Shown here in pieces: positions 12,160 through 23,951 of a stretch of DNA of 64,000 nucleotides (positions are counted from its first letter, which is position 1; each line of letters starts with the position of its first letter). The stretch is from Escherichia coli. Its GTDB lineage: Bacteria > Pseudomonadota > Gammaproteobacteria > Enterobacterales > Enterobacteriaceae. The stretch lies in the NCBI RefSeq assembly GCF_050920415.1, contig NZ_CP169309.1; one strand, 5' to 3'. Made by a program: the position numbers and the translations under genes. The notes beneath the pieces are model-generated. The model was not told the origin of the DNA. It saw nothing but the letters and a program-made list of their open reading frames with translations, and ran no database searches.

Positions 12160-13638
12160 ATGAGCTTACGTGAAAAAACCATCAGCGGCGCGAAATGGTC
12201 GGCGATTGCCACAGTAATCATCATCGGCCTCGGGCTGGTGCAGATGACCGTGCTGGCGCGGATTATCGACAACCACCAGTTCGGTTTGCTTACCGTGTCG
12301 CTGGTGATTATCGCGCTGGCAGACACGCTTTCTGACTTCGGCATCGCTAACTCGATTATTCAGCGAAAAGAAATCAGCCATCTTGAACTCACCACGCTTT
12401 ACTGGCTGAACGTCGGGCTGGGGATCGTGGTGTGCGTGGCGGTGTTTTTGTTGAGTGATGCCATTGGTGACGTGCTGAATAACCCGGATCTGGCACCGTT
12501 GATTAAAACATTGTCGCTGGCGTTTGTGGTGATCCCCCACGGGCAACAGTTTCGCGCGTTGATGCAAAAGGAGCTGGAGTTCAACAAAATCGGCATGATC
12601 GAAACCAGCGCGGTGCTGGCGGGCTTTACTTTTACGGTGGTTAGCGCCCATTTCTGGCCGCTGGCGATGACCGCGATCCTCGGTTATCTGGTCAATAGTG
12701 CGGTAAGAACGCTGCTGTTTGGCTACTATGGTCGAAAAATTTATCGCCCCGGTCTGCATTTCTCGCTGGCGTCTGTTGCGCCGAACTTACGCTTTGGTGC
12801 CTGGCTGACGGCGGACAGCATCATCAACTATCTCAACACCAACCTTTCAACGCTGGTGCTGGCGCGTATTCTCGGCGCGGGCGTGGCAGGGGGGTACAAC
12901 CTGGCGTACAACGTGGCCGTTGTGCCGCCGATGAAACTGAACCCGATCATCACCCGCGTGTTGTTTCCGGCGTTTGCCAAAATTCAGGACGACACCGAAA
13001 AGCTGCGCGTTAACTTCTACAAGCTGCTATCGGTGGTGGGGATTATCAATTTTCCGGCGCTGCTGGGGCTGATGGTGGTGTCGAATAACTTTGTACCGCT
13101 GGTCTTTGGTGAGAAGTGGAACAGCATTATTCCGGTGCTGCAATTGCTGTGTATTGTGGGGCTACTGCGCTCAGTGGGTAACCCGATTGGCTCGCTGCTG
13201 ATGGCGAAAGCGCGGGTGGATATCAGCTTTAAATTCAATGTATTCAAAACCTTTCTGTTTATTCCGGCGATTGTTATTGGCGGGCAGATGGCGGGCGCAA
13301 TCGGCGTCACGCTTGGTTTCCTGCTGGTGCAGATTATCAACACCATTCTGAGTTATTTCGTGATGATTAAACCGGTGCTCGGTTCCAGTTATCGCCAGTA
13401 CATCCTGAGTTTATGGCTGCCGTTTTATCTCTCGCTACCGACGCTGGTGTTCAGTTATGCGCTGGGCATTGTGCTGAAAGGACAACTGACGCTGGGGACG
13501 CTGCTGGCGGTGCAAATAGTCGCGGGCGTGCTGGCATTTGTGGTGATGATTGTGCTGTCGCGCCATCCGCTGGTGGTGGAAGTGAAGCGTCAGTTTTGTC
13601 GCAGCGAAAAAATGAAAATGCTTTTGCGGGCCGGGTGA
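12160..13638 (+). CDS. wzxC: Colanic acid repeat-unit flippase WzxC
   Basis: 492-aa polytopic membrane protein in the expected wca position. Confidence 0.9.
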   Translation: MSLREKTISGAKWSAIATVIIIGLGLVQMTVLARIIDNHQFGLLTVSLVIIALADTLSDFGIANSIIQRKEISHLELTTLYWLNVGLGIVVCVAVFLLSDAIGDVLNNPDLAPLIKTLSLAFVVIPHGQQFRALMQKELEFNKIGMIETSAVLAGFTFTVVSAHFWPLAMTAILGYLVNSAVRTLLFGYYGRKIYRPGLHFSLASVAPNLRFGAWLTADSIINYLNTNLSTLVLARILGAGVAGGYNLAYNVAVVPPMKLNPIITRVLFPAFAKIQDDTEKLRVNFYKLLSVVGIINFPALLGLMVVSNNFVPLVFGEKWNSIIPVLQLLCIVGLLRSVGNPIGSLLMAKARVDISFKFNVFKTFLFIPAIVIGGQMAGAIGVTLGFLLVQIINTILSYFVMIKPVLGSSYRQYILSLWLPFYLSLPTLVFSYALGIVLKGQLTLGTLLAVQIVAGVLAFVVMIVLSRHPLVVEVKRQFCRSEKMKMLLRAG

Positions 13639-13710
13639 ATGGTTGTTTTCGGTTCCGACAACGAACACAACAAACACAGCCTCACCTGGCATCAAATTTA
13701 TGAGGAAAAA

Positions 13711-14991
13711 ATGAAATTACTGATTCTGGGCAACCACACTTGCGGCAATCGCGGCGACAGCGCCATCTTGCGCGGCCTACTTGATGCCATCAACATCCTC
13801 AACCCTCACGCCGAAGTGGACGTAATGAGCCGCTATCCGGTCAGTTCTTCCTGGCTGCTCAACCGCCCGGTAATGGGTGATCCGCTGTTCCTGCAAATGA
13901 AACAACACAACAGCGCGGCGGGCGTTGTCGGGCGCGTAAAAAAAGTCCTCCGTCGCCGCTACCAGCACCAGGTATTGCTCTCACGCGTCACCGACACCGG
14001 CAAGTTGCGTAATATCGCCATTGCCCAGGGATTCACTGACTTTGTGCGCCTGCTGTCAGGTTACGACGCCATTATTCAGGTCGGCGGATCGTTTTTTGTC
14101 GATCTCTACGGCGTGCCGCAGTTTGAACACGCGCTTTGCACGTTTATGGCGAAAAAGCCGCTGTTTATGATTGGTCACAGCGTCGGCCCGTTCCAGGATG
14201 AGCAATTTAACCAACTGGCAAACTACGTATTCGGGCACTGCGACGCGCTGATCCTGCGCGAATCGGTCAGCCTGGATCTAATGAAACGCAGCAATATCAC
14301 TACCGCAAAAGTTGAACATGGCGTCGATACCGCGTGGCTGGTCGATCACCACACCGAAGACTTCACCGCCAGCTATGCTGTTCAACACTGGCTGGATGTA
14401 GCCGCACAGCAGAAAACGGTGGCCATTACCCTGCGCGAACTGGCACCGTTCGACAAACGTCTCGGCACCACTCAACAAGCGTATGAAAAAGCCTTTGCCG
14501 GGGTGGTCAATCGCATTCTCGACGAAGGCTATCAGGTCATTGCGCTCTCCACCTGTACGGGCATCGACAGTTATAACAAAGACGACCGCATGGTGGCGCT
14601 CAACCTGCGTCAGCACATCAGCGATCCTGCCCGTTATCACGTGGTGATGGATGAGCTCAACGATCTGGAAATGGGCAAAATCCTCGGTGCCTGTGAACTC
14701 ACCGTCGGTACGCGCCTGCACTCTGCCATTATCTCGATGAATTTCTCCACTCCGGCAATTGCCATCAACTACGAACACAAATCCGCCGGGATTATGCAGC
14801 AGCTTGGGCTACCTGAGATGGCGATTGATATCCGTCATTTATTAGACGGCAGCCTGCAAGCGATGGTTGCGGATACCTTAGGCCAGCTTCCGGAGCTGAA
14901 TACACGACTTAACGAAGCCGTCAGTCGCGAACGCCAGGCAGGAATGCAGATGGTGCAATCTGTGCTCGAGCGCATCGGGGAGGCGAAATGA
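13711..14991 (+). CDS. wcaK: Colanic acid biosynthesis pyruvyl transferase WcaK
   Basis: Listed ORF starts at 13639; internal ATG at 13711 (MKLLILGNHTCGNRGDSAIL...) gives 426 aa, as for WcaK. Confidence 0.88.
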   Translation: MKLLILGNHTCGNRGDSAILRGLLDAINILNPHAEVDVMSRYPVSSSWLLNRPVMGDPLFLQMKQHNSAAGVVGRVKKVLRRRYQHQVLLSRVTDTGKLRNIAIAQGFTDFVRLLSGYDAIIQVGGSFFVDLYGVPQFEHALCTFMAKKPLFMIGHSVGPFQDEQFNQLANYVFGHCDALILRESVSLDLMKRSNITTAKVEHGVDTAWLVDHHTEDFTASYAVQHWLDVAAQQKTVAITLRELAPFDKRLGTTQQAYEKAFAGVVNRILDEGYQVIALSTCTGIDSYNKDDRMVALNLRQHISDPARYHVVMDELNDLEMGKILGACELTVGTRLHSAIISMNFSTPAIAINYEHKSAGIMQQLGLPEMAIDIRHLLDGSLQAMVADTLGQLPELNTRLNEAVSRERQAGMQMVQSVLERIGEAK

Positions 14992-16208
14992 AGGTCGGCT
15001 TCTTCTTATTGAAATTTCCGCTGTCGTCGGAAACCTTCGTTCTCAACCAAATCACTGCGTTTATTGATATGGGCTTTGAGGTGGAGATTGTCGCACTGCA
15101 AAAAGGCGATACGCAAAACACCCACGCGGCATGGACGAAATATAACCTTGCCGCCAGAACTAGCTGGTTACAGGACGAACCACAAGGCAAAGTGGCGAAA
15201 CTGCGCCACCGCGCCAGCCAGACCTTACGCGGCATTCATCGTAAAAATACCTGGCAGGCGCTCAACCTCAAACGCTATAGTGCTGAGTCGCGGAACCTGA
15301 TTTTGTCTGCCATTTGTGGTCAGGTCGCAACACCGTTTCATGCTGATGTGTTTATCGCACATTTTGGCCCTGCGGGGGTAACCGCAGCAAAACTACGGGA
15401 ACTGGGTGTCATTCGCGGCAAAATTGCCACTATCTTCCACGGCATTGATATCTCCAGTCGGGAAGTGCTCAACCATTACACTCCCGAATATCAACAACTG
15501 TTTCGCCGTGGCGATTTGATGCTACCGATTAGCGATCTGTGGGCCGCAAGGCTGCAAAAAATGGGCTGCCCGAGGGAAAAAATTGCCGTATCGCGCATGG
15601 GTGTAGACATGACGCGCTTTAGCCCGCGTCCGGTAAAAGCGCCTGCAACGCCGCTGGAAATCATTTCCGTCGCACGCTTAACCGAGAAAAAAGGCCTGCA
15701 TGTGGCGATCGAAGCCTGCCGTCAGTTGAAAGAGCAGGGCGTGGCATTTCGCTATCGCATCCTCGGCATTGGCCCGTGGGAACGACGCCTGCGCACCCTC
15801 ATCGAACAATATCAACTGGAAGATGTGGTAGAGATGCCGGGCTTTAAACCAAGCCACGAAGTGAAGGCGATGCTCGACGACGCGGATGTCTTCCTGTTGC
15901 CTTCGGTAACGGGTGCTGACGGTGATATGGAAGGTATTCCGGTGGCGCTAATGGAAGCGATGGCAGTCGGTATTCCGGTTGTTTCTACTCTGCATAGCGG
16001 AATTCCGGAACTGGTGGAGGCCGATAAATCCGGCTGGCTGGTGCCTGAGAACGATGCTCGTGCACTGGCGCAACGTCTGGCGGCGTTTAGCCAGCTGGAC
16101 ACCGACGAACTTACTACGGTTGTCAAACGTGCGCGCGAAAAAGTCGAACACGATTTTAACCAGCAGGTGATTAACCGAGAACTCGCCAGCTTGTTGCAGG
16201 CTTTATAG
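14988..16208 (+). CDS. wcaL: Colanic acid biosynthesis glycosyltransferase WcaL (GT4 family)
   Basis: 406-aa ORF; start overlaps the wcaK stop; gene order. Confidence 0.88.
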   Translation: MKVGFFLLKFPLSSETFVLNQITAFIDMGFEVEIVALQKGDTQNTHAAWTKYNLAARTSWLQDEPQGKVAKLRHRASQTLRGIHRKNTWQALNLKRYSAESRNLILSAICGQVATPFHADVFIAHFGPAGVTAAKLRELGVIRGKIATIFHGIDISSREVLNHYTPEYQQLFRRGDLMLPISDLWAARLQKMGCPREKIAVSRMGVDMTRFSPRPVKAPATPLEIISVARLTEKKGLHVAIEACRQLKEQGVAFRYRILGIGPWERRLRTLIEQYQLEDVVEMPGFKPSHEVKAMLDDADVFLLPSVTGADGDMEGIPVALMEAMAVGIPVVSTLHSGIPELVEADKSGWLVPENDARALAQRLAAFSQLDTDELTTVVKRAREKVEHDFNQQVINRELASLLQAL

Positions 16209-16218
16209 AGGAGAACGC

Positions 16219-17613
16219 ATGCCATTTAAAAAACTCTCCCGACGCACCTTCCTGACGGCAAGCTCGGTGCTTGCCTTCCTCCATACCCCTTTCGCTCGCG
16301 CACTTCCTGCCCGACAAAGCGTCAATATCAACGACTACAATCCACACGACTGGATCGCCTCATTTAAACAAGCCTTCAGCGAAGGGCAAACGGTCGTCGT
16401 GCCTGCCGGATTGGTTTGCGACAATATCAACACTGGCATCTTCATCCCCCCTGGCAAAACGTTACACATCCTGGGAAGCCTGCGCGGCAACGGCAGAGGG
16501 CGATTTGTCTTACAGGACGGCAGCCAGGTGACAGGGGAGAAGGGCGGCAGTATGCATAACATCACCCTGGATGTGCGCGGTTCTGACTGCACCATCAAAG
16601 GGCTGGCGATGAGCGGCTTTGGCCCGGTAACGCAGATTTATATCGGTGGCAAAAACAAACGGGTCATGCGCAACCTGACCATCAATAACCTCACCGTTAG
16701 CCACGCTAACTACGCTATCTTACGCCAGGGATTTCATAACCAGATTATCGGTGCCAACATCACCAACTGTAAGTTCAGCGACTTACAGGGCGACGCCATT
16801 GAATGGAACGTGGCAATTAACGACAGTGATATTTTGATCTCCGACCATGTCATCGAGCGCATCAACTGTACTAACGGCAAAATCAACTGGGGCATTGGCA
16901 TAGGCCTTGCGGGAAGCACTTACGATAATAATTACCCGGAAGATCAGGCAGTGAAAAACTTTGTCGTGGCGAATATCACGGGATCGGATTGTCGGCAGTT
17001 GATACATGTTGAAAATGGTAAACATTTTGTTATTCGTAATATCAAAGCCCGCAATATCACGCCGGATTTCAGTAAGAAAGCAGGCATTGATAACGCCACA
17101 GTCGCTATTTACGGTTGTGACAATTTCGTGATTGATAATATTGAAATGATTAATAGCGCCGGGATGTTAATCGGCTATGGGGTAATTAAAGGCAAATATC
17201 TCTCGATACCGCAAAATTTCCGAGTGAATAATATTCAGCTGGATAACACCTACCTTGCTTACAAATTGCGCGGCATCCAAATCTCTGCCGGGAATGCCGT
17301 CTCCTTTGTGGCACTGACTAACATTGAGATGAAGCGTGCGTCGCTTGAGCTACACAATAAACCGCAACACCTTTTTATGCGAAATATCAATGTGATGCAG
17401 GAATCCTCTGTTGGACCTGCATTGAGCATGAACTTCGACATGCGCAAAGACATTCGTGGCGTCTTTATGGCGAAAAAAGAAACACTGCTGTCTCTTGCAA
17501 ATGTTCATGCGGTGAATGAAAGAGGGCAAAGCTCCGTCGATATCGACAGGATAAATCACCATATTGTTAATGTGGAAAAGATTAACTTTAGATTGCCGGA
17601 ACGGAGGGAGTAG
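16219..17613 (+). CDS. wcaM: Colanic acid biosynthesis protein WcaM (predicted Tat-exported, beta-helix-like)
   Basis: 464-aa ORF; N-terminus [21 protein letters not shown] carries a twin-arginine (RR-x-FLT) signal motif; last gene of the wca operon. Confidence 0.88.
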   Translation: MPFKKLSRRTFLTASSVLAFLHTPFARALPARQSVNINDYNPHDWIASFKQAFSEGQTVVVPAGLVCDNINTGIFIPPGKTLHILGSLRGNGRGRFVLQDGSQVTGEKGGSMHNITLDVRGSDCTIKGLAMSGFGPVTQIYIGGKNKRVMRNLTINNLTVSHANYAILRQGFHNQIIGANITNCKFSDLQGDAIEWNVAINDSDILISDHVIERINCTNGKINWGIGIGLAGSTYDNNYPEDQAVKNFVVANITGSDCRQLIHVENGKHFVIRNIKARNITPDFSKKAGIDNATVAIYGCDNFVIDNIEMINSAGMLIGYGVIKGKYLSIPQNFRVNNIQLDNTYLAYKLRGIQISAGNAVSFVALTNIEMKRASLELHNKPQHLFMRNINVMQESSVGPALSMNFDMRKDIRGVFMAKKETLLSLANVHAVNERGQSSVDIDRINHHIVNVEKINFRLPERRE

Positions 17614-17787
17614 ATTTGCGACCATTCCTGGAAAAATGGAGCCATACTTAGGAACAATGCTACTGCAATCCACAACGAAGCGGCGTAACATCACAAGTAA
17701 TTCAGTAATCAATTCAGGGTAATTGATGCTGGCGAAAAAAATCGAACAAGCTATAATTCAGCAACCATTTTACAGGTGGATGAAATA

Positions 17788-18681
17788 ATGACGAATTTAA
17801 AAGCAGTTATTCCTGTAGCGGGTCTTGGGATGCATATGTTGCCTGCCACTAAGGCGATTCCCAAAGAGATGCTACCGATCGTCGACAAGCCAATGATTCA
17901 GTACATTGTTGACGAGATTGTGGCTGCAGGGATCAAAGAAATCCTCCTGGTAACTCACGCGTCCAAGAACGCGGTCGAAAACCACTTCGACACCTCGTAT
18001 GAATTAGAATCTCTCCTTGAGCAGCGCGTGAAGCGTCAACTGCTGGCGGAAGTTCAGTCCATCTGCCCGCCGGGCGTGACCATTATGAACGTGCGTCAGG
18101 GCGAACCTTTAGGTTTAGGCCACTCCATTTTATGTGCACGACCCGCCATTGGTGACAATCCATTTGTCGTGGTACTGCCAGACGTTGTGATCGACGACGC
18201 GAGTGCCGATCCGCTGCGTTACAACCTTGCTGCCATGATTGCGCGCTTCAATGAAACAGGCCGTAGCCAGGTGCTGGCAAAACGTATGCCGGGTGACCTC
18301 TCTGAATACTCGGTCATCCAGACCAAAGAACCGCTGGATCGCGAAGGTAAAGTCAGCCGCATTGTTGAATTCATCGAAAAACCGGATCAGCCGCAAACAC
18401 TGGACTCAGACATCATGGCCGTTGGTCGCTATGTGCTTTCTGCCGATATTTGGCCGGAACTTGAACGCACTCAGCCTGGTGCATGGGGACGTATTCAACT
18501 GACTGATGCCATCGCTGAACTGGCGAAAAAACAGTCCGTTGATGCCATGCTGATGACAGGTGACAGCTACGACTGCGGTAAAAAAATGGGTTATATGCAG
18601 GCATTTGTGAAGTATGGACTACGCAACCTCAAAGAAGGGGCGAAGTTCCGTAAAGGGATTGAGAAGCTGTTAAGCGAATAA
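17788..18681 (+). CDS. galF: UTP-glucose-1-phosphate uridylyltransferase-like regulatory subunit GalF
   Basis: ATG at 17788 ([39 protein letters not shown]...) gives 297 aa; nucleotidyltransferase fold; marks the 5' flank of the O-antigen locus. Confidence 0.93.
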   Translation: MTNLKAVIPVAGLGMHMLPATKAIPKEMLPIVDKPMIQYIVDEIVAAGIKEILLVTHASKNAVENHFDTSYELESLLEQRVKRQLLAEVQSICPPGVTIMNVRQGEPLGLGHSILCARPAIGDNPFVVVLPDVVIDDASADPLRYNLAAMIARFNETGRSQVLAKRMPGDLSEYSVIQTKEPLDREGKVSRIVEFIEKPDQPQTLDSDIMAVGRYVLSADIWPELERTQPGAWGRIQLTDAIAELAKKQSVDAMLMTGDSYDCGKKMGYMQAFVKYGLRNLKEGAKFRKGIEKLLSE

Positions 18682-18939
18682 TGAAAATCTGACCGGATGT
18701 AACGGTTGATAAGAAAATTATAACGGCAGTGAAGATTCGTGGCGAAAGTAATTTGTTGCGAATATTCCTGCCGTTGTTTTATATAAACAATCAGAATAAC
18801 AACGAGTTAGCAATAGGATTTTAGTCAAAGTTTTCCAGGATTTTCCTTGTTTCCAGAGCGGATTGGTAAGACAATTAGCGTTTGAATTTTTCGGGTTTAG
18901 CGCGAGTGGGTAACGCTCGTCACATCGTAGGCATGCATG

Positions 18940-18978
18940 CAGTACTCTGGTAGCTGTAAAGCCAGGGGCGGTAGCGTG
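18940..18978 (+). promoter_or_regulatory. JUMPstart element with ops site (GGCGGTAGCGTG) for RfaH-dependent antitermination of the O-antigen operon
   Basis: Exact ops consensus GGCGGTAGCGTG at 18967-18978 within cagtactctggtagctgtaaagccaggggcggtagcgtg, about 75 bp upstream of rmlB. Confidence 0.85.
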
Positions 18979-19052
18979 CATTAATACCTCTATTAATCAA
19001 ATCTGGAGCAGTCTATTTCACAGCATGCTCTCTGGCTATATGGAATAAAAAA

Positions 19053-20138
19053 GTGAAGATACTTGTTACTGGTGGCGCAGGATTTATTGGTTCTGCTGTT
19101 GTTCGTCACATAATAAATAATACGCAAGATAGTGTTGTTAATGTCGATAAATTAACCTACGCCGGAAATCTGGAATCGCTCGCTGAAATTTCTGATTCTG
19201 AACGTTATTCATTTGAGCATGCAGATATCTGTGATGCCGCAGCGATGGCTCGTATTTTTTCACAACACCAGCCAGATGCGGTAATGCACCTGGCGGCTGA
19301 GAGCCACGTTGACCGCTCAATAACTGGTCCGGCGGCATTCATTGAAACTAATATTGTAGGTACTTACGTACTTTTAGAAGCAGCGCGCAATTATTGGTCT
19401 GGTCTGGATGATGAAAAGAAAAAAAACTTTCGCTTTCATCATATTTCTACTGATGAAGTGTATGGTGACTTACCCCATCCGGATGAAGTAAATAGCAATG
19501 AAACATTGCCGTTATTTACGGAAACGACAGCATACGCGCCAAGTAGTCCATATTCTGCTTCTAAAGCGTCAAGCGATCATTTGGTTCGCGCATGGAAACG
19601 TACTTATGGTTTACCGACAATCGTGACTAATTGCTCGAACAACTATGGCCCTTATCATTTCCCGGAAAAGCTTATTCCACTGGTTATTCTTAATGCACTG
19701 GAAGGTAAGGCATTACCTATTTATGGCAAAGGAGATCAAATTCGCGACTGGTTGTATGTAGAGGATCATGCTCGTGCGCTATATACCGTAGTTACTGAAG
19801 GTAAAGCGGGTGAAACCTATAACATTGGCGGACACAACGAAAAGAAAAACATCGATGTTGTGCTGACTATTTGTGATTTGTTGGATGAGATAGTCCCGAA
19901 AGAGAAATCTTATCGTGAGCAAATTACTTATGTTGCTGATCGCCCAGGACACGATCGCCGTTATGCGATTGATGCTGAGAAGATTAGTCGCGAATTGGGT
20001 TGGAAACCACAGGAAACGTTTGAGAGCGGGATTCGGAAGACAGTAGAATGGTACCTGTCCAATACAAAATGGGTTGATAATGTGAAAAGTGGCGCCTATC
20101 AATCGTGGATTGAACAAAACTATGAGGGACGCCAGTAA
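19053..20138 (+). CDS. rmlB: dTDP-glucose 4,6-dehydratase
   Basis: 361-aa [23 protein letters not shown]...; SDR family with YxxxK; first gene after galF. Confidence 0.93.
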   Translation: MKILVTGGAGFIGSAVVRHIINNTQDSVVNVDKLTYAGNLESLAEISDSERYSFEHADICDAAAMARIFSQHQPDAVMHLAAESHVDRSITGPAAFIETNIVGTYVLLEAARNYWSGLDDEKKKNFRFHHISTDEVYGDLPHPDEVNSNETLPLFTETTAYAPSSPYSASKASSDHLVRAWKRTYGLPTIVTNCSNNYGPYHFPEKLIPLVILNALEGKALPIYGKGDQIRDWLYVEDHARALYTVVTEGKAGETYNIGGHNEKKNIDVVLTICDLLDEIVPKEKSYREQITYVADRPGHDRRYAIDAEKISRELGWKPQETFESGIRKTVEWYLSNTKWVDNVKSGAYQSWIEQNYEGRQ

Positions 20139-21037
20139 TGAATATCCTCCTATTCGGCAAAACAGGGCAGGTAGGTTGGGAACTACAGCGTGCTCTGGCA
20201 CCTCTGGGTAATTTGATTGCTCTTGATGTTCACTCCACTGATTATTGTGGTGATTTTAGTAATCCTGAAGGTGTAGCTGAAACCGTAAGAAGCATTCGGC
20301 CTGATATTATTGTCAACGCAGCCGCTCACACCGCAGTTGACAAAGCAGAATCAGAACCGGAGTTTGCACAATTACTTAACGCGACAAGTGTCGAAGCGAT
20401 TGCGAAAGCAGCCAATGAAGTCGGCTCCTGGGTTATTCACTACTCTACTGACTACGTATTTCCGGGAACCGGTGAAATACCATGGCAGGAGGCGGATGCA
20501 ACCGCACCGCTAAATGTTTACGGTGAAACCAAGTTAGCCGGAGAAAAAGCATTACAAGAGCATTGTGTGAAGCACCTTATTTTCCGGACCAGCTGGGTCT
20601 ATGCAGGTAAAGGAAATAACTTCGCCAAAACGATGTTACGTCTGGCAAAAGAGCGTGAAGAATTGGCCGTTATTAACGATCAGTTTGGTGCGCCAACAGG
20701 TGCTGAGCTGCTGGCTGATTGTACAGCACATGCCATTCGTGTCGCACTGAATAAACCAGAAGTCGCAGGCTTGTACCATTTGGTAGCCAGTGGTACCACA
20801 ACCTGGCACGATTATGCTGCGCTGGTTTTTGAAGAGGCGCGCAAAGCAGGCATTCCCCTCGCACTCAACAAACTCAATGCGGTACCAACAACAGCCTATC
20901 CTACACCAGCTCGTCGTCCACATAACTCTCGCCTTAATACAGAAAAATTTCAGCAGAACTTTGCGCTTGTCTTGCCTGACTGGCAGGTTGGCGTGAAACG
21001 CATGCTCAACGAATTATTTACGACTACAGCAATTTAA
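20138..21037 (+). CDS. rmlD: dTDP-4-dehydrorhamnose reductase
   Basis: 299-aa [23 protein letters not shown]...; start overlaps the rmlB stop. Confidence 0.92.
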   Translation: MNILLFGKTGQVGWELQRALAPLGNLIALDVHSTDYCGDFSNPEGVAETVRSIRPDIIVNAAAHTAVDKAESEPEFAQLLNATSVEAIAKAANEVGSWVIHYSTDYVFPGTGEIPWQEADATAPLNVYGETKLAGEKALQEHCVKHLIFRTSWVYAGKGNNFAKTMLRLAKEREELAVINDQFGAPTGAELLADCTAHAIRVALNKPEVAGLYHLVASGTTTWHDYAALVFEEARKAGIPLALNKLNAVPTTAYPTPARRPHNSRLNTEKFQQNFALVLPDWQVGVKRMLNELFTTTAI

Positions 21038-21094
21038 TAGTTTTTGCATCTTGTTCGTGATGGTGGAACAAGATGAATTAAAAGGAATGATGAA

Positions 21095-21970
21095 ATGAAA
21101 ACGCGTAAAGGTATTATTTTAGCAGGTGGTTCTGGTACTCGTCTTTATCCTGTGACTATGGCAGTCAGTAAACAGCTGTTACCTATTTATGATAAACCGA
21201 TGATCTATTACCCGCTCTCTACACTGATGTTGGCGGGTATTCGCGATATTCTAATTATAAGTACGCCACAGGATACTCCTCGTTTTCAACAACTGCTGGG
21301 TGACGGGAGTCAGTGGGGCCTTAATCTTCAGTACAAAGTGCAACCGAGCCCAGATGGTCTTGCGCAGGCATTTATCATCGGTAAAGAGTTTATCGGTAGT
21401 GATGATTGTGCTCTGGTTCTCGGTGATAATATCTTCTACGGTCACGATCTGCCGAAGTTAATGGATGCCGCTGTTAACAAAGAAAGTGGTGCAACGGTAT
21501 TTGCCTATCACGTTAATGATCCTGAACGCTATGGTGTCGTTGAGTTTGACAAAAACGGTACGGCAATTAGCCTGGAAGAAAAACCGCTACAGCCAAAAAG
21601 TAATTATGCGGTAACTGGGCTTTATTTCTATGATAACGACGTTGTAGAAATGGCAAAAAATCTTAAGCCATCTGCCCGAGGTGAACTGGAAATTACCGAT
21701 ATTAATCGTATCTATATGGAACAGGGGCGTTTGTCTGTCGCTATGATGGGGCGTGGTTATGCATGGCTGGATACAGGGACGCATCAAAGCCTTATTGAAG
21801 CAAGTAACTTCATTGCCACCATTGAAGAGCGTCAGGGATTAAAAGTATCTTGCCCGGAAGAGATTGCTTATCGTAAAGGGTTTATTGATGCTGAGCAGGT
21901 AAAAGTATTAGCCGAACCGCTTATCAAGAATCAATATGGTCAATATTTGCTGAAAATGATCAGCGAATAG
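21095..21970 (+). CDS. rmlA: Glucose-1-phosphate thymidylyltransferase
   Basis: 291-aa [24 protein letters not shown]... Confidence 0.93.
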   Translation: MKTRKGIILAGGSGTRLYPVTMAVSKQLLPIYDKPMIYYPLSTLMLAGIRDILIISTPQDTPRFQQLLGDGSQWGLNLQYKVQPSPDGLAQAFIIGKEFIGSDDCALVLGDNIFYGHDLPKLMDAAVNKESGATVFAYHVNDPERYGVVEFDKNGTAISLEEKPLQPKSNYAVTGLYFYDNDVVEMAKNLKPSARGELEITDINRIYMEQGRLSVAMMGRGYAWLDTGTHQSLIEASNFIATIEERQGLKVSCPEEIAYRKGFIDAEQVKVLAEPLIKNQYGQYLLKMISE

Positions 21971-21984
21971 TATGTGGGAACTCA

Positions 21985-22398
21985 ATGATGGATATTAAAT
22001 TAATCTCTTTGCAAAAACATGGGGATGAGCGTGGTGCATTAATTGCTCTTGAAGAGCAACGAAATATACCTTTCGAAGTCAAAAGAATATATTACATACT
22101 CGAGACTCTTAAGGGAGTAAGACGCGGATTTCATGCGCACAAGGTTACTCGTCAGTTAGCTATTGTAGTCAAGGGAGCTTGTAAATTTCATCTGGATAAT
22201 GGTAAAGAAACAAAGCAGGTGGAACTTAATGATCCAACAATTGCGTTGCTGATAGAACCCTATATATGGCATGAAATGTATGATTTTAGTGATGATTGTG
22301 TGCTGCTTGTAATTGCGGATGATTTCTATAAAGAGTCTGATTATATACGCAATTATGATGATTTTATTAGAAGAGTAAATTCAATTGAGAATTCATAA
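21985..22398 (+). CDS. fdtA: dTDP-4-keto-6-deoxyglucose 3,4-ketoisomerase (FdtA/QdtA-type cupin)
   Basis: 137-aa ORF; small cupin of the WxcM C-terminal/FdtA type (...RGFHAHK...WHEMYDFS...); sits between rmlA and an acetyltransferase/aminotransferase pair. Galacto- versus gluco-configured product cannot be told by eye. Confidence 0.7.
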   Translation: MMDIKLISLQKHGDERGALIALEEQRNIPFEVKRIYYILETLKGVRRGFHAHKVTRQLAIVVKGACKFHLDNGKETKQVELNDPTIALLIEPYIWHEMYDFSDDCVLLVIADDFYKESDYIRNYDDFIRRVNSIENS

Positions 22399-22852
22399 GC
22401 TAAGTGACGTCCAGACAACATCAATTGGTGATGGAACAACTATCTGGCAGTTTGTTGTAATACTAAAAGGTGCTGTAATTGGTAATAATTGCAACATCTG
22501 TGCAAATACCTTGATTGAAAATAACGTTGTAATTGGTAACAATGTCACAGTCAAAAGCGGTGTGTATATTTGGGATGGCGTTAAAATAGAGGATAATGTT
22601 TTTATTGGTCCTTGTGTAGCATTTACAAATGATAAGTATCCTCGCTCTAAAGTCTATCCTGATGAATTTTTGCACACAATAATACGCAAAGGAGCATCAA
22701 TAGGTGCTAATGCAACCATCCTGCCAGGAATTGAAATTGGTGAAAAAGCAATCGTTGGTGCGGGGAGTGTCGTAACCAAAAATGTACCGCCATGCGCAAT
22801 AGTAGTAGGTAATCCAGCTCGATTTATTAAATGGGTAGAGGATAATGAATAA
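22385..22852 (+). CDS. fdtC: dTDP-3-amino-3,6-dideoxyhexose N-acetyltransferase (hexapeptide-repeat, FdtC-type)
   Basis: 155-aa ORF with left-handed beta-helix repeats ([23 protein letters not shown]...); probable TTG start at 22385 overlapping the fdtA 3' end, start uncertain. Confidence 0.7.
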   Translation: MRIHKLSDVQTTSIGDGTTIWQFVVILKGAVIGNNCNICANTLIENNVVIGNNVTVKSGVYIWDGVKIEDNVFIGPCVAFTNDKYPRSKVYPDEFLHTIIRKGASIGANATILPGIEIGEKAIVGAGSVVTKNVPPCAIVVGNPARFIKWVEDNE

Positions 22853-23951
22853 AATTGATTTTTTAGATCTTTTTGCAATTAACCAGCGACAGCACAAAGA
22901 ATTAGTCTCTGCGTTTAGTAGGGTGCTAGATTCTGGTTGGTATATCATGGGCGAAGAACTTGAGCAGTTCGAGAAAGAGTTCGCAGAATACTGTGGAGTT
23001 AAGTATTGCATTGGTGTAGCAAATGGCCTTGATGCGTTGATACTAGTATTGAGGGCATGGAAAGAACTCGGCTATCTAGAAGACGGTGACGAGGTATTAG
23101 TACCGGCAAATACATATATTGCTTCTATTCTTGCTATAACAGAGAACAAACTTGTTCCTGTTCTTGTTGAACCAGATATAGAAACTTATAATATTAATCC
23201 TGCTTTAATTGAAAATTACATTACGGAAAAAACTAAAGCAATATTACCGGTTCACTTATATGGTCTATTGTGCAATATGCCAGAAATTAGTGCAATCGCA
23301 AGAAAATATAATCTGTTGATTCTTGAAGATTGTGCACAAGCACATGGTGCAATACGTGATGGTCGCAAAGCTGGAGCTTGGGGGGATGCTGCAGGATTTA
23401 GTTTTTATCCAGGAAAAAACCTTGGAGCTTTGGGGGATGCGGGAGCTGTTACTACAAATAATGCAGAATTATCCTCAACTATAAAAGCTTTGCGAAATTA
23501 TGGGTCACATAAGAAATATGAAAATATTTATCAGGGATTGAATAGTCGATTGGATGAACTGCAAGCAGCCTTATTGCGTGTAAAAATCCATACATTACCG
23601 GAAGATACTGCGATTCGGCAAAGGATTGCTGAAAAATATATTCGTGAAATAAAAAACCCTGCGATTACGTTACCAGTGTACGAAGGCCAAGGTGCGCACG
23701 TTTGGCATTTATTTGTAGTAAGAATCGCTAATCGTGAAAAATTCCAGTCATACTTATCAGAGAAGGGTATCCAAACCTTAATTCACTATCCATTACCACC
23801 CCATAAGCAGCAAGCATATCAAAATATGTCTAGTCTTAGCCTTCCAATTACTGAGCAAATTCATGATGAAGTCATTTCTTTACCTATAAGTCCGGTAATG
23901 AGTGAAGATGATGTCAATTATGTAATCAAAGTGGTCAATGATTACAAGTAA
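22845..23951 (+). CDS. fdtB: dTDP-3-keto-6-deoxyhexose 3-aminotransferase (DegT/DnrJ/EryC1 family, PLP-dependent)
   Basis: 368-aa ORF of DegT/ArnB aminotransferase type; context with fdtA/fdtC. Confidence 0.78.
   Translation: MNKIDFLDLFAINQRQHKELVSAFSRVLDSGWYIMGEELEQFEKEFAEYCGVKYCIGVANGLDALILVLRAWKELGYLEDGDEVLVPANTYIASILAITENKLVPVLVEPDIETYNINPALIENYITEKTKAILPVHLYGLLCNMPEISAIARKYNLLILEDCAQAHGAIRDGRKAGAWGDAAGFSFYPGKNLGALGDAGAVTTNNAELSSTIKALRNYGSHKKYENIYQGLNSRLDELQAALLRVKIHTLPEDTAIRQRIAEKYIREIKNPAITLPVYEGQGAHVWHLFVVRIANREKFQSYLSEKGIQTLIHYPLPPHKQQAYQNMSSLSLPITEQIHDEVISLPISPVMSEDDVNYVIKVVNDYK

Noticed and set aside
11673-12759. Two approximately 200-aa minus-strand ORFs (11673-12344, 12166-12759) across wcaJ/wzxC
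   Set aside because: Antisense to well-supported wca genes; no recognisable domains.
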